The position numbers and the translations under genes are program-made. Below are positions 34,369-47,626 of a stretch of DNA of 64,000 nucleotides, piece by piece. The notes beneath the pieces were generated by a model. It saw only the letters and a program-made list of their open reading frames with translations, had not been told where the DNA came from and ran no database searches. Numbering within the stretch: position 1 is the stretch's first letter; every line of letters begins with the position of its first letter. The stretch comes from an uncultured Acidobacteriota bacterium (GTDB lineage Bacteria; Acidobacteriota; Thermoanaerobaculia; Multivoradales; JAHEKO01). The stretch covers positions 1 through 64,000 of the forward strand of contig CAVQNG010000005.1 in assembly GCA_963713825.1 (NCBI GenBank), in the 5' to 3' direction.

Positions 34369-34772
34369 GCCTGGTGCTCGACTGTTCGGTGGCCATGGCG
34401 TGGTGTTTCGAGGAAGAGACTGGTGACTATGGCGATCGCGTGCTGGATGCCTTGGAGCTGGAAGAGGCTCTCGTGCCCTCGGTCTGGTCTCTGGAAGTGG
34501 CCAATGTTCTGGTGATTGCGGAGAGAAGGGGGCGCCTCAAAGTAGGAGAGTCGGCCCGGTTCCTCGAGCTGCTGCAATCGCTACCGATCTTCGTGGAGGA
34601 AGTCTCGCTACCCCGGGCCACCGGTGCTGTTCTGTCTCTCGCCCGCGAGCTCGATCTGTCCGCCTACGACGCTTCCTACCTGGAGCTGGCAATGAGATCG
34701 GGCGTCCCTCTGGCGACCCACGACCAGGCCCTGATCCAAGCCGCGGGCACCGTAGGCGTACCTCGATTCTGA
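34365..34772 (+). CDS. vapC: VapC (PIN) toxin
   Basis: LVLDCSV, EVAN, LSAYDASYLELA, LATHD. Confidence 0.9.
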   Translation: MSLVLDCSVAMAWCFEEETGDYGDRVLDALELEEALVPSVWSLEVANVLVIAERRGRLKVGESARFLELLQSLPIFVEEVSLPRATGAVLSLARELDLSAYDASYLELAMRSGVPLATHDQALIQAAGTVGVPRF

Positions 34773-34927
34773 AGGCCTCTGAGTCACCAGGGTCGTTGGC
34801 CCTCGTTGCAGATGCCGGGTTGCCCCTGCACCCATGCAGTAGAATCCAGATCGATCGATTCAACCAGCAGGATCGAGGTCGCAGGCTGAGCCGCGACCGC
34901 AAAGGGTGGCCTCGCTAGGGCACGTTC

Positions 34928-37666
34928 ATGATCGGCACGACCCTTTCCCACTATCGCATTCTCGCCAAGCTCGGTGAGGGCGGGATGGGTGAGGTGTACC
35001 GGGCCGAGGACCTCAATCTCAAGCGCCACGTTGCTCTCAAGGTGCTGCCGCCCGAAGTCGAAGGCAGCCAGGACAAGTTGGAGCGATTCCAGAGAGAGGC
35101 GGAGACGCTAGCGGCCCTCGACCATCCCAATATCGTCACGCTGTACAGCATCGAGGAGACTGATGGACAGCGCTTCCTCACGATGCAACTGGTCGAGGGC
35201 AAGCCGCTTGCCGACTTGATCACCGCCGAGGGCATGTCGGTCGCCAGGGTCCTCAAGATCGCCATCTCCCTGACTGAGGCCCTGAGGGTGGCGCATGACA
35301 AGGGTGTCGTCCACCGCGACCTCAAGCCGGCCAACGTGATGATCGATCAGGAGGGGCGTGTCAAGGTCCTGGACTTCGGCCTCGCCAAGCTGCGTCGGAC
35401 GGACTTCGACGCAGGAACCAGCTTGATGGCGACCGAAGCGATGACACAGGAAGGGGTCATCCTGGGGACGATTCCCTACATGTCGCCCGAGCAGATCCAA
35501 GGTGAGCAAGTGGATCACCGCACCGACATCTTCTCGCTGGGAATCATGCTCCACGAGATGCTCTGTGGAAGACGACCTTTCGAAGCGCCGAATACCGCCG
35601 CGCTGATGTCGAGCATACTGCGTGACCCCCCGACCCCGGTACGCGAGATCAAGCCCGAGCTGCCCGAGAAGATCGAAGAGATACTGCAGCGGTGTCTGGA
35701 GAAGGACCCGCTGCTGCGCTACCAATCAGCGGACCAGATCTGGCTCGAGCTGCGGGACGCCCAAAACAAGATCGGGGGCGCCGCCTCGGAGGAGATCGAA
35801 GCCGCTGTCGAGCGAGTCCTGGCCAAGGTCCCGACCGGGGCGTTGCCGACCTCGACCCCTGCGGCCGAAGTGACGCCAGAGGTAAGCGGTGCAGCTCCAG
35901 CGCGCCAGAGCCGGTGGTCCTACTGGTTGGCCGGGCTCGGGATGGTGTGGGGGATGGTCTTCGCCGTGTACTACGTGTTCTTCGACGGTGGAGAACCAGA
36001 CAGGCCCAGTGCTCCCCCGCCTACGAATCTGAGCCACAAGCAGCTGACGTCTCAGCCTGGTGTCGAGCAGATACCCAGCCTATCGCCCGATGGGGAATGG
36101 ATCGTCTATTCCGGCCAGGGCCCGGAGCATCAGGACATCTTTCTGCAAAGCGTCGGAGGCCAAACCCCATTCAACCTCACCGAGGACTCGGGTGCGGACA
36201 ACCTGCAGCCGGCGTTCTCTCCCGATGGTGAGAGGATCGCCTTCCGCTCGAGTCGCGACGGTGGTGGCCTCTTCGTCATGGGCCGTACGGGTGAGGCAGT
36301 CCGACGGGTGACTCGGGAGGGTTTCAATCCTTCGTGGTCTCCTGACGGCACCCAATTGGTCTACTCGACCGAGAGCGAGGGCCTCAATCCTCTCAATTGG
36401 GAAGGGCGAAGCTCGATCTGGGTGGCAGCGGTCGCGACCGGCGAGTCTCGCCAGTTGGTCGAAGAGGACGGTGTGGTTCCGAAATGGTCGCCGAACGGTG
36501 ACCGGATTGCGTTCGTGTCACGGATGGGCGACATGACCCAGATGGACATCGTGACGGTACCTGCCGACGGAGGAGAGAAGGTCGCTGTTACCCTCGACAA
36601 GGCCACGGACTGGGGGCCGGCCTGGTCACCGGATGGGCGGTACATCTACTTCGCCAGTGACCGCAGTGGAAGCATGAATCTCTGGCGAGTCGAAGTTGAC
36701 GAAAAGTCCGGCAAGGCCAGGGGTGAGCCCGAGCCGCTGACGACGCCCGCAACCTACCTGGCGCACCCGACCCTGTCCGGCAATGGGGACCGACTCGCGT
36801 ACACGTCGGTCCTGATGACGCAGAACGTCCAGAGGCTGGTCTTGGACCCAGAGACTGCGCAGCCGGAGGACCGGCCCGAATGGGTCACCAGTGGGTCTAT
36901 TCAGTTCTCGTCGGTCGATATCTCTGCAGATGGTGAATGGGTGGTCTTCTATACCCGCGCTCGCCCGGAGGGCGATCTCTATGTCGCTCGTGTCGATGGC
37001 TCGAGCCTGCGTCAGCTGACGAGCGACGAGGCGATGGATCGGGTGCCTCGGTGGTCGCCGGACGGTGAATGGGTGGCCTTCTTCTCGGACCGTAGCGGAT
37101 CGCTCCAGATCTGGAAGATTCGCCGGGACGGAAGCGACCTCCAGCAGCTCACGGATTCCACCCCCAATGTCGGTCTGCTTGCTTGGTCTCCTGATGGTGA
37201 GCGCATCGCGGCCATGAGGGGACTGAACGAGGACAATCGCACCGTCGTATTCGACCCGAATCGTGCCTGGACGGAGCAGGACGCCGAGTTCTTGCCGCAG
37301 ATCGAGGACGGTGGTCCTCAGATGGTCGTCACCTCCTGGTCACCGGACGGCACGATGTTGGCGGGCCAGGCCGGCTTCCCGGGAGTCGGCGTGATGGTGT
37401 ACTCGTTCGATTCGGGTTCCTACGAGCGGCTGACGGACTTCGGTGAGTGGCCGGTCTGGCTGCCCGACAGCCGTCGACTGATCTTCGTCTACGAGGGCAA
37501 GCGATTCTTCGTCGTCGACTCGGAAACGAAGGAGACTCAGGAGATCTTCTCCGTCCCCCGAGATGTCATCGGCCCGCCCCGCATCTCTGGTGACGGCACC
37601 CAGGTCGTCTTCAGCCGCCGGGTCACCGAAGCCGATATCTGGCTGCTGACCTTCAGCAGCGAGTAG
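34928..37666 (+). CDS. Membrane Ser/Thr kinase with TolB/PD40 repeats
   Basis: Kinase motifs, TM YWLAGLGMVWGMVFAVYYVFF, many P.WSPDG repeats. Confidence 0.92.
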   Translation: MIGTTLSHYRILAKLGEGGMGEVYRAEDLNLKRHVALKVLPPEVEGSQDKLERFQREAETLAALDHPNIVTLYSIEETDGQRFLTMQLVEGKPLADLITAEGMSVARVLKIAISLTEALRVAHDKGVVHRDLKPANVMIDQEGRVKVLDFGLAKLRRTDFDAGTSLMATEAMTQEGVILGTIPYMSPEQIQGEQVDHRTDIFSLGIMLHEMLCGRRPFEAPNTAALMSSILRDPPTPVREIKPELPEKIEEILQRCLEKDPLLRYQSADQIWLELRDAQNKIGGAASEEIEAAVERVLAKVPTGALPTSTPAAEVTPEVSGAAPARQSRWSYWLAGLGMVWGMVFAVYYVFFDGGEPDRPSAPPPTNLSHKQLTSQPGVEQIPSLSPDGEWIVYSGQGPEHQDIFLQSVGGQTPFNLTEDSGADNLQPAFSPDGERIAFRSSRDGGGLFVMGRTGEAVRRVTREGFNPSWSPDGTQLVYSTESEGLNPLNWEGRSSIWVAAVATGESRQLVEEDGVVPKWSPNGDRIAFVSRMGDMTQMDIVTVPADGGEKVAVTLDKATDWGPAWSPDGRYIYFASDRSGSMNLWRVEVDEKSGKARGEPEPLTTPATYLAHPTLSGNGDRLAYTSVLMTQNVQRLVLDPETAQPEDRPEWVTSGSIQFSSVDISADGEWVVFYTRARPEGDLYVARVDGSSLRQLTSDEAMDRVPRWSPDGEWVAFFSDRSGSLQIWKIRRDGSDLQQLTDSTPNVGLLAWSPDGERIAAMRGLNEDNRTVVFDPNRAWTEQDAEFLPQIEDGGPQMVVTSWSPDGTMLAGQAGFPGVGVMVYSFDSGSYERLTDFGEWPVWLPDSRRLIFVYEGKRFFVVDSETKETQEIFSVPRDVIGPPRISGDGTQVVFSRRVTEADIWLLTFSSE

Positions 37667-37815
37667 CCAAGGGGCGGGCTTGCCCCCGGCCCAGTAGCTT
37701 CTCCCCGGGGTCGCAAGAAAGTCTGCTTGGATTCCGACTCCATTGACGTGTACTAGGTCACCGCGCTGTGCTTGAAGCGCTTGCAAGAGATGCCTGCAAT
37801 GCCTACACTCGATGC

Positions 37816-38058
37816 ATGCAGTACACGATTCGAAACATCCCGGGGGCGCTGGATGCCATGCTGAGAGACCGAGCCAAGAGGGAAGGCAAGAGTCTCAACG
37901 AAGTGGTGATCGAGGCGTTGGCGCGAGCCATGGGCTTTTCCAGGGAGCCCGTCCGCCAAAGGGATCTGAGCCGTATCGCGGGGACCTGGATCGACGACCT
38001 CGAGTTCGATCGCGCAATCGAAGACCAGGATCAGATCGATGAGGATCTCTGGCGGTGA
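37816..38058 (+). CDS. RHH antitoxin (FitA/VapB-like), probably leaderless
   Basis: QYTIRNIP..LD..LR.RA..EGKSLNE; TACACT 6 nt before ATG. Confidence 0.78.
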   Translation: MQYTIRNIPGALDAMLRDRAKREGKSLNEVVIEALARAMGFSREPVRQRDLSRIAGTWIDDLEFDRAIEDQDQIDEDLWR

Positions 38059-38447
38059 GGATCGCCCTCGACACCAACAGCTACTCCGATCTGTGTCGGG
38101 GAGTGCCAGAGGTCCGCGAGCGGTGCGAGTCCGCAGACTCGATCTACCTACCTCTGGTTGTTGTGGGTGAGCTCCGCGCTGGCTTTGCCGTGGGGAAGCA
38201 CGGCTCGGAGAACGAGGGGGTTCTGCAGCAGTTCCTGATTCAGCCCGGTGTCGAGGTCCTACTAGCCGACGAAGCAACGACCTTCCACTACGCGGCCGTC
38301 TACCGGCAGCTGAGATCCCAGGGTTCCCCCATTCCGACCAACGACATGTGGATCGCCGCCCTTGTGATCCAACACGGTCTCGTCCTGCTGCACCGCGATC
38401 GGCACTTCGACCAGCTGCCTCAGTTGGCGACGATTCAATCGGCCTGA
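38055..38447 (+). CDS. vapC: VapC (PIN) toxin
   Basis: ALDTN, GEL, PTNDMWIAA, RDRHF. Confidence 0.9.
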   Translation: MRIALDTNSYSDLCRGVPEVRERCESADSIYLPLVVVGELRAGFAVGKHGSENEGVLQQFLIQPGVEVLLADEATTFHYAAVYRQLRSQGSPIPTNDMWIAALVIQHGLVLLHRDRHFDQLPQLATIQSA

Positions 38448-38460
38448 CGAAACTCGAGCG

Positions 38461-39267
38461 CTACTGCCCCACGATGGACGACCACCCGTCGAAAGCGCCG
38501 GTCTCGAAATCGCTGGCGAAGACGTTCGACGGGTCGTAGATGACCTTCAGGTCCACCCCCTGCGTAGGCGACTCGAAGAGACCGTTGAAGTAGCGGGTGT
38601 AGCCAGCTGAGCCCGTCGCGTCCTCAACCCCGACAGTCACCCCGAGGCCTAGGATCTCATCGAGACTGCCGTAGACTATCCAGACATTGTCGGTTCCCAG
38701 TTCGATCCAGATTTGGAACGTATATTTCTTTCCTGGTACGAACGCCGCTTCGACCGCATGCCACTCGATAACGCTGTAAATCGTCGATCCGCCGAGGAAG
38801 TTCCCCGTTCCCGCATAGATCTCGCCTGCGCCGGGGTCCCCTACGGCGGTGCCCTTCAAGTCCAGATCTCCCCAGAACGGTGCGATGACGTTGTTCGGCG
38901 GGGTCAAATCGGGAACCCACTGGTTGACACCAGATATCGATGTCGGGTCACCGGCATTGACGGGGATCGCGTAGCCGTTCGTGGTGACGTAGATACTGTC
39001 GTACTCGACGCCACCATAGAAGAAGGTATCGCCAGGAGGTGGACCGAATCCGATCGTCCAGGCCGCCTCGTTGCAATCGCTTGTACAGGTCAGGGGCGCC
39101 AGGATCGCCGACAGATCCACATAGCCTCCAGGTGAAGGTGAGGCTTTGAGTGTCCAGGTCGTCCATGGGCCGCTGGGCTCGAGGCCCGGGTCTTTAGCGA
39201 CGGCCATGACGGCGAACAGCGAGATGCAGCACGAGATGACTACAGCCGATCGAAACCGATTCCGCAT
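38461..39267 (-). CDS. Secreted protein (nidogen/NIDO-like IAPFW.DL region) with FESGD-like tail
   Basis: Signal peptide, YVTTNG, IAPFWGDL; ends VFASDFETGAFDGWS. Confidence 0.65.
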   Translation of the reverse strand: MRNRFRSAVVISCCISLFAVMAVAKDPGLEPSGPWTTWTLKASPSPGGYVDLSAILAPLTCTSDCNEAAWTIGFGPPPGDTFFYGGVEYDSIYVTTNGYAIPVNAGDPTSISGVNQWVPDLTPPNNVIAPFWGDLDLKGTAVGDPGAGEIYAGTGNFLGGSTIYSVIEWHAVEAAFVPGKKYTFQIWIELGTDNVWIVYGSLDEILGLGVTVGVEDATGSAGYTRYFNGLFESPTQGVDLKVIYDPSNVFASDFETGAFDGWSSIVGQ

Positions 39268-39495
39268 GGGGCTCCTCCCTTCGAGTTGGTTCCTCGAAGC
39301 TCAACCCACTTCGCCGTCAGGCGTTGCGCTGGCTGGTCAGTATCAAGTGGCGCGGAAAACCGCAGCACTCCACCTTCGGAAGGTGGGCCCTCGTCGAGAC
39401 AAACCCCACACTACTCCTCCGATGCAAGCCAGGCAAGGCTCGGAGAGGTGGGGAAGGGCGCCGAGCTACCACACAGGCAGCGGCCGGGGTCAGGT

Positions 39496-42198
<2,703 letters not shown>

Positions 42199-42427
42199 CG
42201 GTTCACCCAACCTAGCGGCCTCATCCAATGTCGGCCGAAGTCTGCTCGCGAAACGTGAGGGAATTGTATACGTGAATTGTCACGGGGGAGCCTTCGATCT
42301 GGGAGACCCATCGAGTGGCGTCAGCGGAGAAGGTAGCAGCTGTCCTGAGACTGGAGAACTAGGCGAGATCGGCCCTCCATTCTTCGTCTCTACGAATGGC
42401 GAGAGTAGGAAATAGGGAACTGGCCTC

Positions 42428-42467
42428 TTGTTGAATGATTATGAGGAGATTACAATGTAATTACACT
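42428..42467 (+). promoter_or_regulatory. mazEF promoter with overlapping (alternating) palindromes
   Basis: TTGTTG-17-TACAAT; ATTACA-A-TGTAAT overlapping TGTAATTACA. Confidence 0.6.
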
Positions 42468-42502
42468 GTGACCAGCGCATTGGCGCTGACTCGGGAAACG
42501 AG

Positions 42503-42757
42503 ATGAAAGCCAAAATCGTCAGGATCGGTAACTCGCAGGGTTTGCGCATCCCGAAACCACTGCTGGAGCAGACGGGTCTCGAGGGGGAGGTGGAGATCAG
42601 GGTCGAGGATCAGTCGATTGTCATCTCGCCCCTCCATGACCGACGGTCGAACTGGGAGCTGGCCTTCGAAGCAATGGCTGCAACGGGCGACGATCGGTTG
42701 CTCGACGAGGCATGGGTTCTCACCGAGTGGGATGAGGCGGACTGGGAATGGAAGTAG
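42503..42757 (+). CDS. mazE: MazE/AbrB-family antitoxin
   Basis: KIVRIGNSQGLRIPK. Confidence 0.9.
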   Translation: MKAKIVRIGNSQGLRIPKPLLEQTGLEGEVEIRVEDQSIVISPLHDRRSNWELAFEAMAATGDDRLLDEAWVLTEWDEADWEWK

Positions 42758-43071
42758 GTCGCTTCGACGTCTTCCTGGTGAGCCTCGATCCAACGCTCGG
42801 TAGCGAGATCCAGAAGACCCGGCCCTGCCTGGTGGTCTCACCAGATGAGATGAACCGGCACATCCGAACCGTGATCGTGGCACCGATGACCACCCGTGGT
42901 CGCGCCTATCCCACGCGCATCGAATGTCGATTCCAAAGGAAATCGGGCCAGGTCGTGCTCGATCAGATTCGGACGGTGGACAAACGCCGCCTCGTCCGTC
43001 GCCTGGGGAAGCTCGACCGCAGAGCTGCCGCCAAGGTACTCGACACTCTGGCGGAAATGTTCGCCCCCTGA
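42748..43071 (+). CDS. mazF: MazF/PemK toxin
   Basis: LDPTLGSEIQKTRPCLVVS, VAPMTT, LDQIRTVDK.RL. Confidence 0.93.
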   Translation: MEVGRFDVFLVSLDPTLGSEIQKTRPCLVVSPDEMNRHIRTVIVAPMTTRGRAYPTRIECRFQRKSGQVVLDQIRTVDKRRLVRRLGKLDRRAAAKVLDTLAEMFAP

Positions 43072-43209
43072 AGCGGCCGGCGCGGTAGCCAGCCGAAGTC
43101 GGCAATTGAAGCGACCGGCGCCTCTGCCGGCTTGAGACAGTGATTGAAGCGGCCGGCGCCTCTGCCGGCCGGGGCGAGTGGGGGATGTAGGAGCGGGCTT
43201 GCCCCGCCT
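43069..43209. repeat. Cluster of three GAAG-type hairpins plus one GTAG-type REP
   Basis: TGAAGCG.CCGGCGC..GCC.GC copies at 43069-43095, 43106-43131, 43144-43171; GTAGGAGCGGGCTTGCCCCGCCT at 43187-43209. Confidence 0.8.
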
Positions 43210-43212
43210 TCA

Positions 43213-43234
43213 AGACGTTTCCGCGGAAACGTCT
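43213..43234. repeat. Perfect 22-bp palindrome, copy 1 (6 nt past HNH stop)
   Basis: AGACGTTTCCGCGGAAACGTCT. Confidence 0.9.
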
Positions 43235-43240
43235 GACTCG

Positions 43241-44563
43241 CTACATCTGCCGGTAGCCCTGGACCGCCCAGTTGAGGTCGAGTCGCTCTCCCTGCCAGCG
43301 CGGAAACCCTGTGTGGGAGTCGATCGAGATGTCCTCCTCCTCGAGCAGGCTCTCGAGCTCCGCCAAGGGGTCCTCGACCAGGGGTGGTGGCGGCGGCACG
43401 GTCGGAATCTCCCAGCCTTGGGGCCGGAAGAAGCGCAGCTCACCATCTGTGGTGTGTTCGATGCGGTATCCCTCTTCGTGGACGGCCCGATGATGACGGC
43501 GACACAGTAGAACCAGGTTGTCGAGACTCGTTACCCCTCCGTTGGCCCAGTGTTTCAGGTGATGAGCCTCGCAATGCTTCAATCCGCAGCCCGGAAACTG
43601 GCAGCCTTCGTCCCTGGCGGTCAGAGCGCGGCGAATCGGGGTGGGAATCGTGCGAGTGCGGCGGCCGACATCGAGGACGTTGCCCTCGGAGTCGTGTTTC
43701 ATGATCACTTTGCCCGCATCACAGGCGAGCCGCCGAGACGTTTCCGCGGAAACGTCTGTGCCGTCCTCCAGCATGGACACTCCGGGCGCATCGGGGTCCT
43801 CGAGCACTTGGCTCTCGACATGCACCACCACCTGTAGACGCTCGGCCCGGGTGCCCTTGTCGATTCCACCGGCCAGCGCACTCTCCGCCACCAGGCCCAA
43901 GGCATCTGCTCGTCGCTGGCGGACCGGGACTCCATCGCCTCGCTCGTCCTTGGTCTCCCTCTCTCTGTCATAGAGCACCTGCTCGGCTGCCTCCAGAGCT
44001 TTCAGCAGAGCGGCTCCCACTTCCGGCTCCAATCGTGCCCGTAGCACGATCATGCCGTCGTAATCCGTGGTGGCCGCCAGGTAGCGGCTGGCGTGACGTA
44101 GATTCTCTCGGTGGACCTCGTCCTGCCGATCGACACGGCGCCAGGCCCGCACCAGCTTCTCCACATGGGCGGCCGTTCCAGCCCGAGCGAATTCGAGGAG
44201 CTCCGCCTCGTTCTCAGGGGTCGCCACTCGGGTCAGGGCCCTGACCTTGGAGTAGGAGAGCTCCCCACAACCCATCGCCTCGGAAAGAAGCGGCAACTCG
44301 CCCAGGGCCTTGGCCACTCGTACCTTCTCCCGGGCCGCGCCCAGGTCGAGCCCAGTGCGCCAGTTGAGCCAATGGGCACAGGAGCGAAAGCCGGTGTTCC
44401 AACCGCTCTTCTCGTCGAACTCCCGGATCAGGACCAGCAGGTGGTAAGTGGCAGCCTGGATCTGGGCCGAGAGCTCGGCGATTCGCTCACCGAGCTGGTC
44501 GACCTCCGAGGTTCTGGGACCAAGCTGAGAGTGAGAATTCGGGGAGGCAATAGGTTCGATCAT
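43241..44563 (-). CDS. DUF222 (13E12-repeat-like) HNH endonuclease
   Basis: RD.GC.FPGC...CEAHH..HW..GG.T.LDNL.LLCRRHH..VHE; N-terminal CAHWL.WR, LSYSKVRALTR; GGAGG RBS and TATAAT at 44591-44596. Confidence 0.88.
   Translation of the reverse strand: MIEPIASPNSHSQLGPRTSEVDQLGERIAELSAQIQAATYHLLVLIREFDEKSGWNTGFRSCAHWLNWRTGLDLGAAREKVRVAKALGELPLLSEAMGCGELSYSKVRALTRVATPENEAELLEFARAGTAAHVEKLVRAWRRVDRQDEVHRENLRHASRYLAATTDYDGMIVLRARLEPEVGAALLKALEAAEQVLYDRERETKDERGDGVPVRQRRADALGLVAESALAGGIDKGTRAERLQVVVHVESQVLEDPDAPGVSMLEDGTDVSAETSRRLACDAGKVIMKHDSEGNVLDVGRRTRTIPTPIRRALTARDEGCQFPGCGLKHCEAHHLKHWANGGVTSLDNLVLLCRRHHRAVHEEGYRIEHTTDGELRFFRPQGWEIPTVPPPPPLVEDPLAELESLLEEEDISIDSHTGFPRWQGERLDLNWAVQGYRQM
43736..43757. 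repeat. Perfect 22-bp palindrome, copy 2 (inside HNH gene, encodes DVSAETS)
   Basis: AGACGTTTCCGCGGAAACGTCT, identical to copy 1. Confidence 0.9.
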
Positions 44564-44857
44564 GGCGTTCCCTCCAGGAGTCACGCACCTATTATAAACC
44601 CCGTATTTTCAACGCTTTAGCTTGCCCACTGGCGCACGATCGAGGGGCCTAGAGGCATCTTCGTTACGCTTCTCGAGGTACGCCACGCAGGGAGCAACCC
44701 AGGGCCACACAGACCCTTTCAAAGGTCGATCTCAGAGGCTCCGAAAATTGACGCGAAAATCCTGTCAAGTCTTTTCTTCGATCTTTTCGATCAATCTGTG
44801 TGTTACTCGACCATCGACCGACTGGCTCCTCCTGAAGTCAGTGGAGTAGCTGAAGCC

Positions 44858-47626
44858 CTATCTGCCGTCGCCCGAGATCTGTTGCGACCAGTTGAGGAGG
44901 AACTCGATGCGGGCGCGGGCCGATTCGTCTCGATCGAGCTCGATGAAGAGGAATTGGCTGCCGGAAGATGCGGCGCCCCAGTTTCTCTGGGGTGCGGTCG
45001 TGGTCGTGAACCGGCTGGTGTCGGGAATGATCTCGATCGGTGGTCCAGTGCGAAATGCGCCGCCCGGCTCGATGTCGACTTTCATCAGAGACCGTCTGGC
45101 GTCTTGGATACGCAGGTAGAACAACTCCCGTCCGTTGCCCGACCAGAAGGGGTAGCCACCGGGACCGGGACTGACCTGCCACTTACCCTCTCCCTCGACG
45201 GGACGCACGAAGACGGAGGAGGTGCCGCTCCCGGGTGAGGCATAGGCGATCCAGCGACCATCGGGGGAGAAGCAGGGCGAGCTGGCATCTTTCTGGAAGA
45301 AAACCGGCTCTTCTCCGGGGCTCAAGAAATAGACATCGGGAGTGGCTCCGACGAAGGTATAGGCGAGAGTCTTGCCGTCCGGGCTCCAGGATTCCGGTAG
45401 CGCCACATCCAGGCCGGGGGGGCTGATGAGCTCTTCACTACCGCTGCCGTCGACCGGCTTGCGATAGATGCCCCGCTCTCCGGAGCCTCGCAGAAACGTG
45501 ACCCAGCGATTGTCGGGTGTGAACAGGGGATAGAGGTCATTGCCGCCGAAGGTGAACCGATTGAGCGCTTGCGTGTCGAGCGAATAGATCCAGACGTCAC
45601 CTGCCGTACCGGTAGCCCCCTCACCGATTGTGAAGGCAATCTGTTTGCCGTCCGGGGACATCCGAGGGTGGTGGAGTGGCTGAGGCGGCAATGGCAGTCC
45701 TGTCACTTCGCCGTCGCGATCCACGATGGCCAGGTGAGCCTTGCCCTGAGTAACGGCTCTCGGAACATAGGCCAGGCTGCCGTTGGGAGCCGCGGCAAAA
45801 AAGGAGACGCCGCTGGTGGTATCGCCACCCAGGTCTTCGATAACCGGAGTCGGGTCTCCGTCAACGCTCATGGTGTCGAGGTCGATGGCAACGCCGTAGA
45901 GCGTGCCGCGACGGGCGAAGAGTAGCCGATCGGGTGGTACGAATCGCGCCATGCTAGCGCCTTCGATAAGAACCCAGCGCTCACCCGTATCCAGAGAGTA
46001 CGCAACGATCTGAGCGTCGTCGTAGTTGTTCGGGCTGCGGGTGGTGCCGACTGTGAAGATCACCTTTCGGCCGCCGGGGAGCAGGTCGGGCCAACGATAG
46101 GTTCGCTCGCCTTGCTCGGCATCGGGCTCGACGATGGCCTCGGGCTCGCCTCCTAGAGCGGGGATGCGCTGAATTCCAGCTACATATCCGGGTGAATAGA
46201 GGATCGAGCCATCCGGACCCCAGACAAGTCCACGGGGATTGGAGGTCTCCGCCAGACCGATGGACTTGCCTCCAGCGACCGGAATTCGACGCACCTCGCC
46301 GTCGGCGAAGAAGGCCAGTTGCTGGCCATCGGGGGAGAAGGCCGGATTGGTGGCGCCCTCGGTTCCAGGAACAGGTCGCGCTTCGACTTGATCCAGAGCG
46401 CGAATGTAGATCTCCTGCTTGGAGGTTTCCGGATCGATGGCCGCGAAGGCGAGAGAGCGACCGTCAGGAGCAAAGGACAGCATGGGCTCGTCGCCATAGC
46501 CGAGTCGAAACCCCTCCGGCAGTGTGAGATCGAAGCGGATCGCGGGGTTCTCGGGTGGGGGATCGGCCGGCCGGAGGGCAAGGAAGAGCGCCGAACCTAT
46601 GCCGAGGATCGCCGCCGTCCAGGCGAGCAGCTCGCGCCAGCGTGATCGGGGTGGCGCAACCTGTTGCGTCTCCTCGTGGGTCGAAAGGGCCTCTTGAGAC
46701 TTGGCTTCCTCGAGCTCGATGCGGGCATCGCCGATGTCGCGCAGGCGATGCGCCGGGTCGCGCTGCAGGCAGCGGCGCAACAACCGGACTACCGACGGCG
46801 GCGTGTCTGCTGGCAGCAGTGCCAGATCGGGTTCGGTCTTCAGCACCTCGGCCAGGGTGTCGGAGACCGTGTCGCCGGCGAAGAGCTGCTTCTGGGTCAG
46901 CATCTCCCACAGCACGACGCCGAAGGCCCAGATGTCGGCCTGCTTGTCGGCCTCCTGTCCCCGTGCCTGCTCGGGACTCATGTAGGCGGCGGTGCCCATC
47001 AGCACTCCCGCCTGGGTCATCTGGGCGGTGAGCGTCGGCGACATCGACAGACCCTGACGGGTGGCTCCCGACTCCTGGGGATCGAGCGCCTTGGCAAGGC
47101 CGAAGTCGAGTACCTTGACCTTGCCGCCGGGGGTGACCTTGACGTTGGCGGGCTTGAGATCCCGGTGGACGATCCCCTGACCATGGGCCTCTTCGAGAGC
47201 ATCAGCCACCTGCGCCGCCATCTCGAGAGCATCGTCCATCGGCACACCTCGAGCAATGAGCTCTTGAAGAGTGTCGCCATCGACGAGCTCCATGACGAGG
47301 AAGTGGATAGAGGGTCCTGGGTCCTGGGGCTTGGGTCCTGGGGATTCCCCCGCCCCGTCTTTTTTGAAGCGGCCGGACCCTGTGCCGGCCGTCGCGCGTT
47401 CAAACGAGTAGATCGCAGCGATGTTCGGGTGATTGAGCGAAGCAAGGACCTTCGCTTCGCGCTCGAAGCGTGCGAGGCGTTCGGGATCGGAGGCTACGGC
47501 CTCGGGCAGGACCTTGATCGCCACCTCACGGCCGAGCTTCGTGTCCTCGGCCAGGTAAACCTCACCCATGCCGCCTTCGCCGAGCTTGGCGGTGATCTTG
47601 AAGTGGGAAAGCGAGGATCCAATCAT
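44858..47626 (-). CDS. Membrane Ser/Thr kinase with TolB/PD40 beta-propeller
   Basis: Kinase motifs, TM, SPDG repeats, LLNW end; in-frame REP + 7-mer insert at 47310-47398. Confidence 0.92.
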   Translation of the reverse strand: MIGSSLSHFKITAKLGEGGMGEVYLAEDTKLGREVAIKVLPEAVASDPERLARFEREAKVLASLNHPNIAAIYSFERATAGTGSGRFKKDGAGESPGPKPQDPGPSIHFLVMELVDGDTLQELIARGVPMDDALEMAAQVADALEEAHGQGIVHRDLKPANVKVTPGGKVKVLDFGLAKALDPQESGATRQGLSMSPTLTAQMTQAGVLMGTAAYMSPEQARGQEADKQADIWAFGVVLWEMLTQKQLFAGDTVSDTLAEVLKTEPDLALLPADTPPSVVRLLRRCLQRDPAHRLRDIGDARIELEEAKSQEALSTHEETQQVAPPRSRWRELLAWTAAILGIGSALFLALRPADPPPENPAIRFDLTLPEGFRLGYGDEPMLSFAPDGRSLAFAAIDPETSKQEIYIRALDQVEARPVPGTEGATNPAFSPDGQQLAFFADGEVRRIPVAGGKSIGLAETSNPRGLVWGPDGSILYSPGYVAGIQRIPALGGEPEAIVEPDAEQGERTYRWPDLLPGGRKVIFTVGTTRSPNNYDDAQIVAYSLDTGERWVLIEGASMARFVPPDRLLFARRGTLYGVAIDLDTMSVDGDPTPVIEDLGGDTTSGVSFFAAAPNGSLAYVPRAVTQGKAHLAIVDRDGEVTGLPLPPQPLHHPRMSPDGKQIAFTIGEGATGTAGDVWIYSLDTQALNRFTFGGNDLYPLFTPDNRWVTFLRGSGERGIYRKPVDGSGSEELISPPGLDVALPESWSPDGKTLAYTFVGATPDVYFLSPGEEPVFFQKDASSPCFSPDGRWIAYASPGSGTSSVFVRPVEGEGKWQVSPGPGGYPFWSGNGRELFYLRIQDARRSLMKVDIEPGGAFRTGPPIEIIPDTSRFTTTTAPQRNWGAASSGSQFLFIELDRDESARARIEFLLNWSQQISGDGR

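Noticed and set aside
42212-42230. Short similarity between a kinase leader (ACATTGGATGAGGCCG) and the loop insert at 14902-14920
   Set aside because: Too short and mismatched to separate from chance
43069-43171. CRISPR-like array of three repeats
   Set aside because: Spacers only ~10-12 nt, repeats degenerate and dispersed elsewhere, no cas genes
44597-44857. HEARO/omegaRNA-like ncRNA next to the HNH gene
   Set aside because: The protein lacks IscB PLMP/RuvC features and I could not see a convincing structure by eye; needs a covariance search
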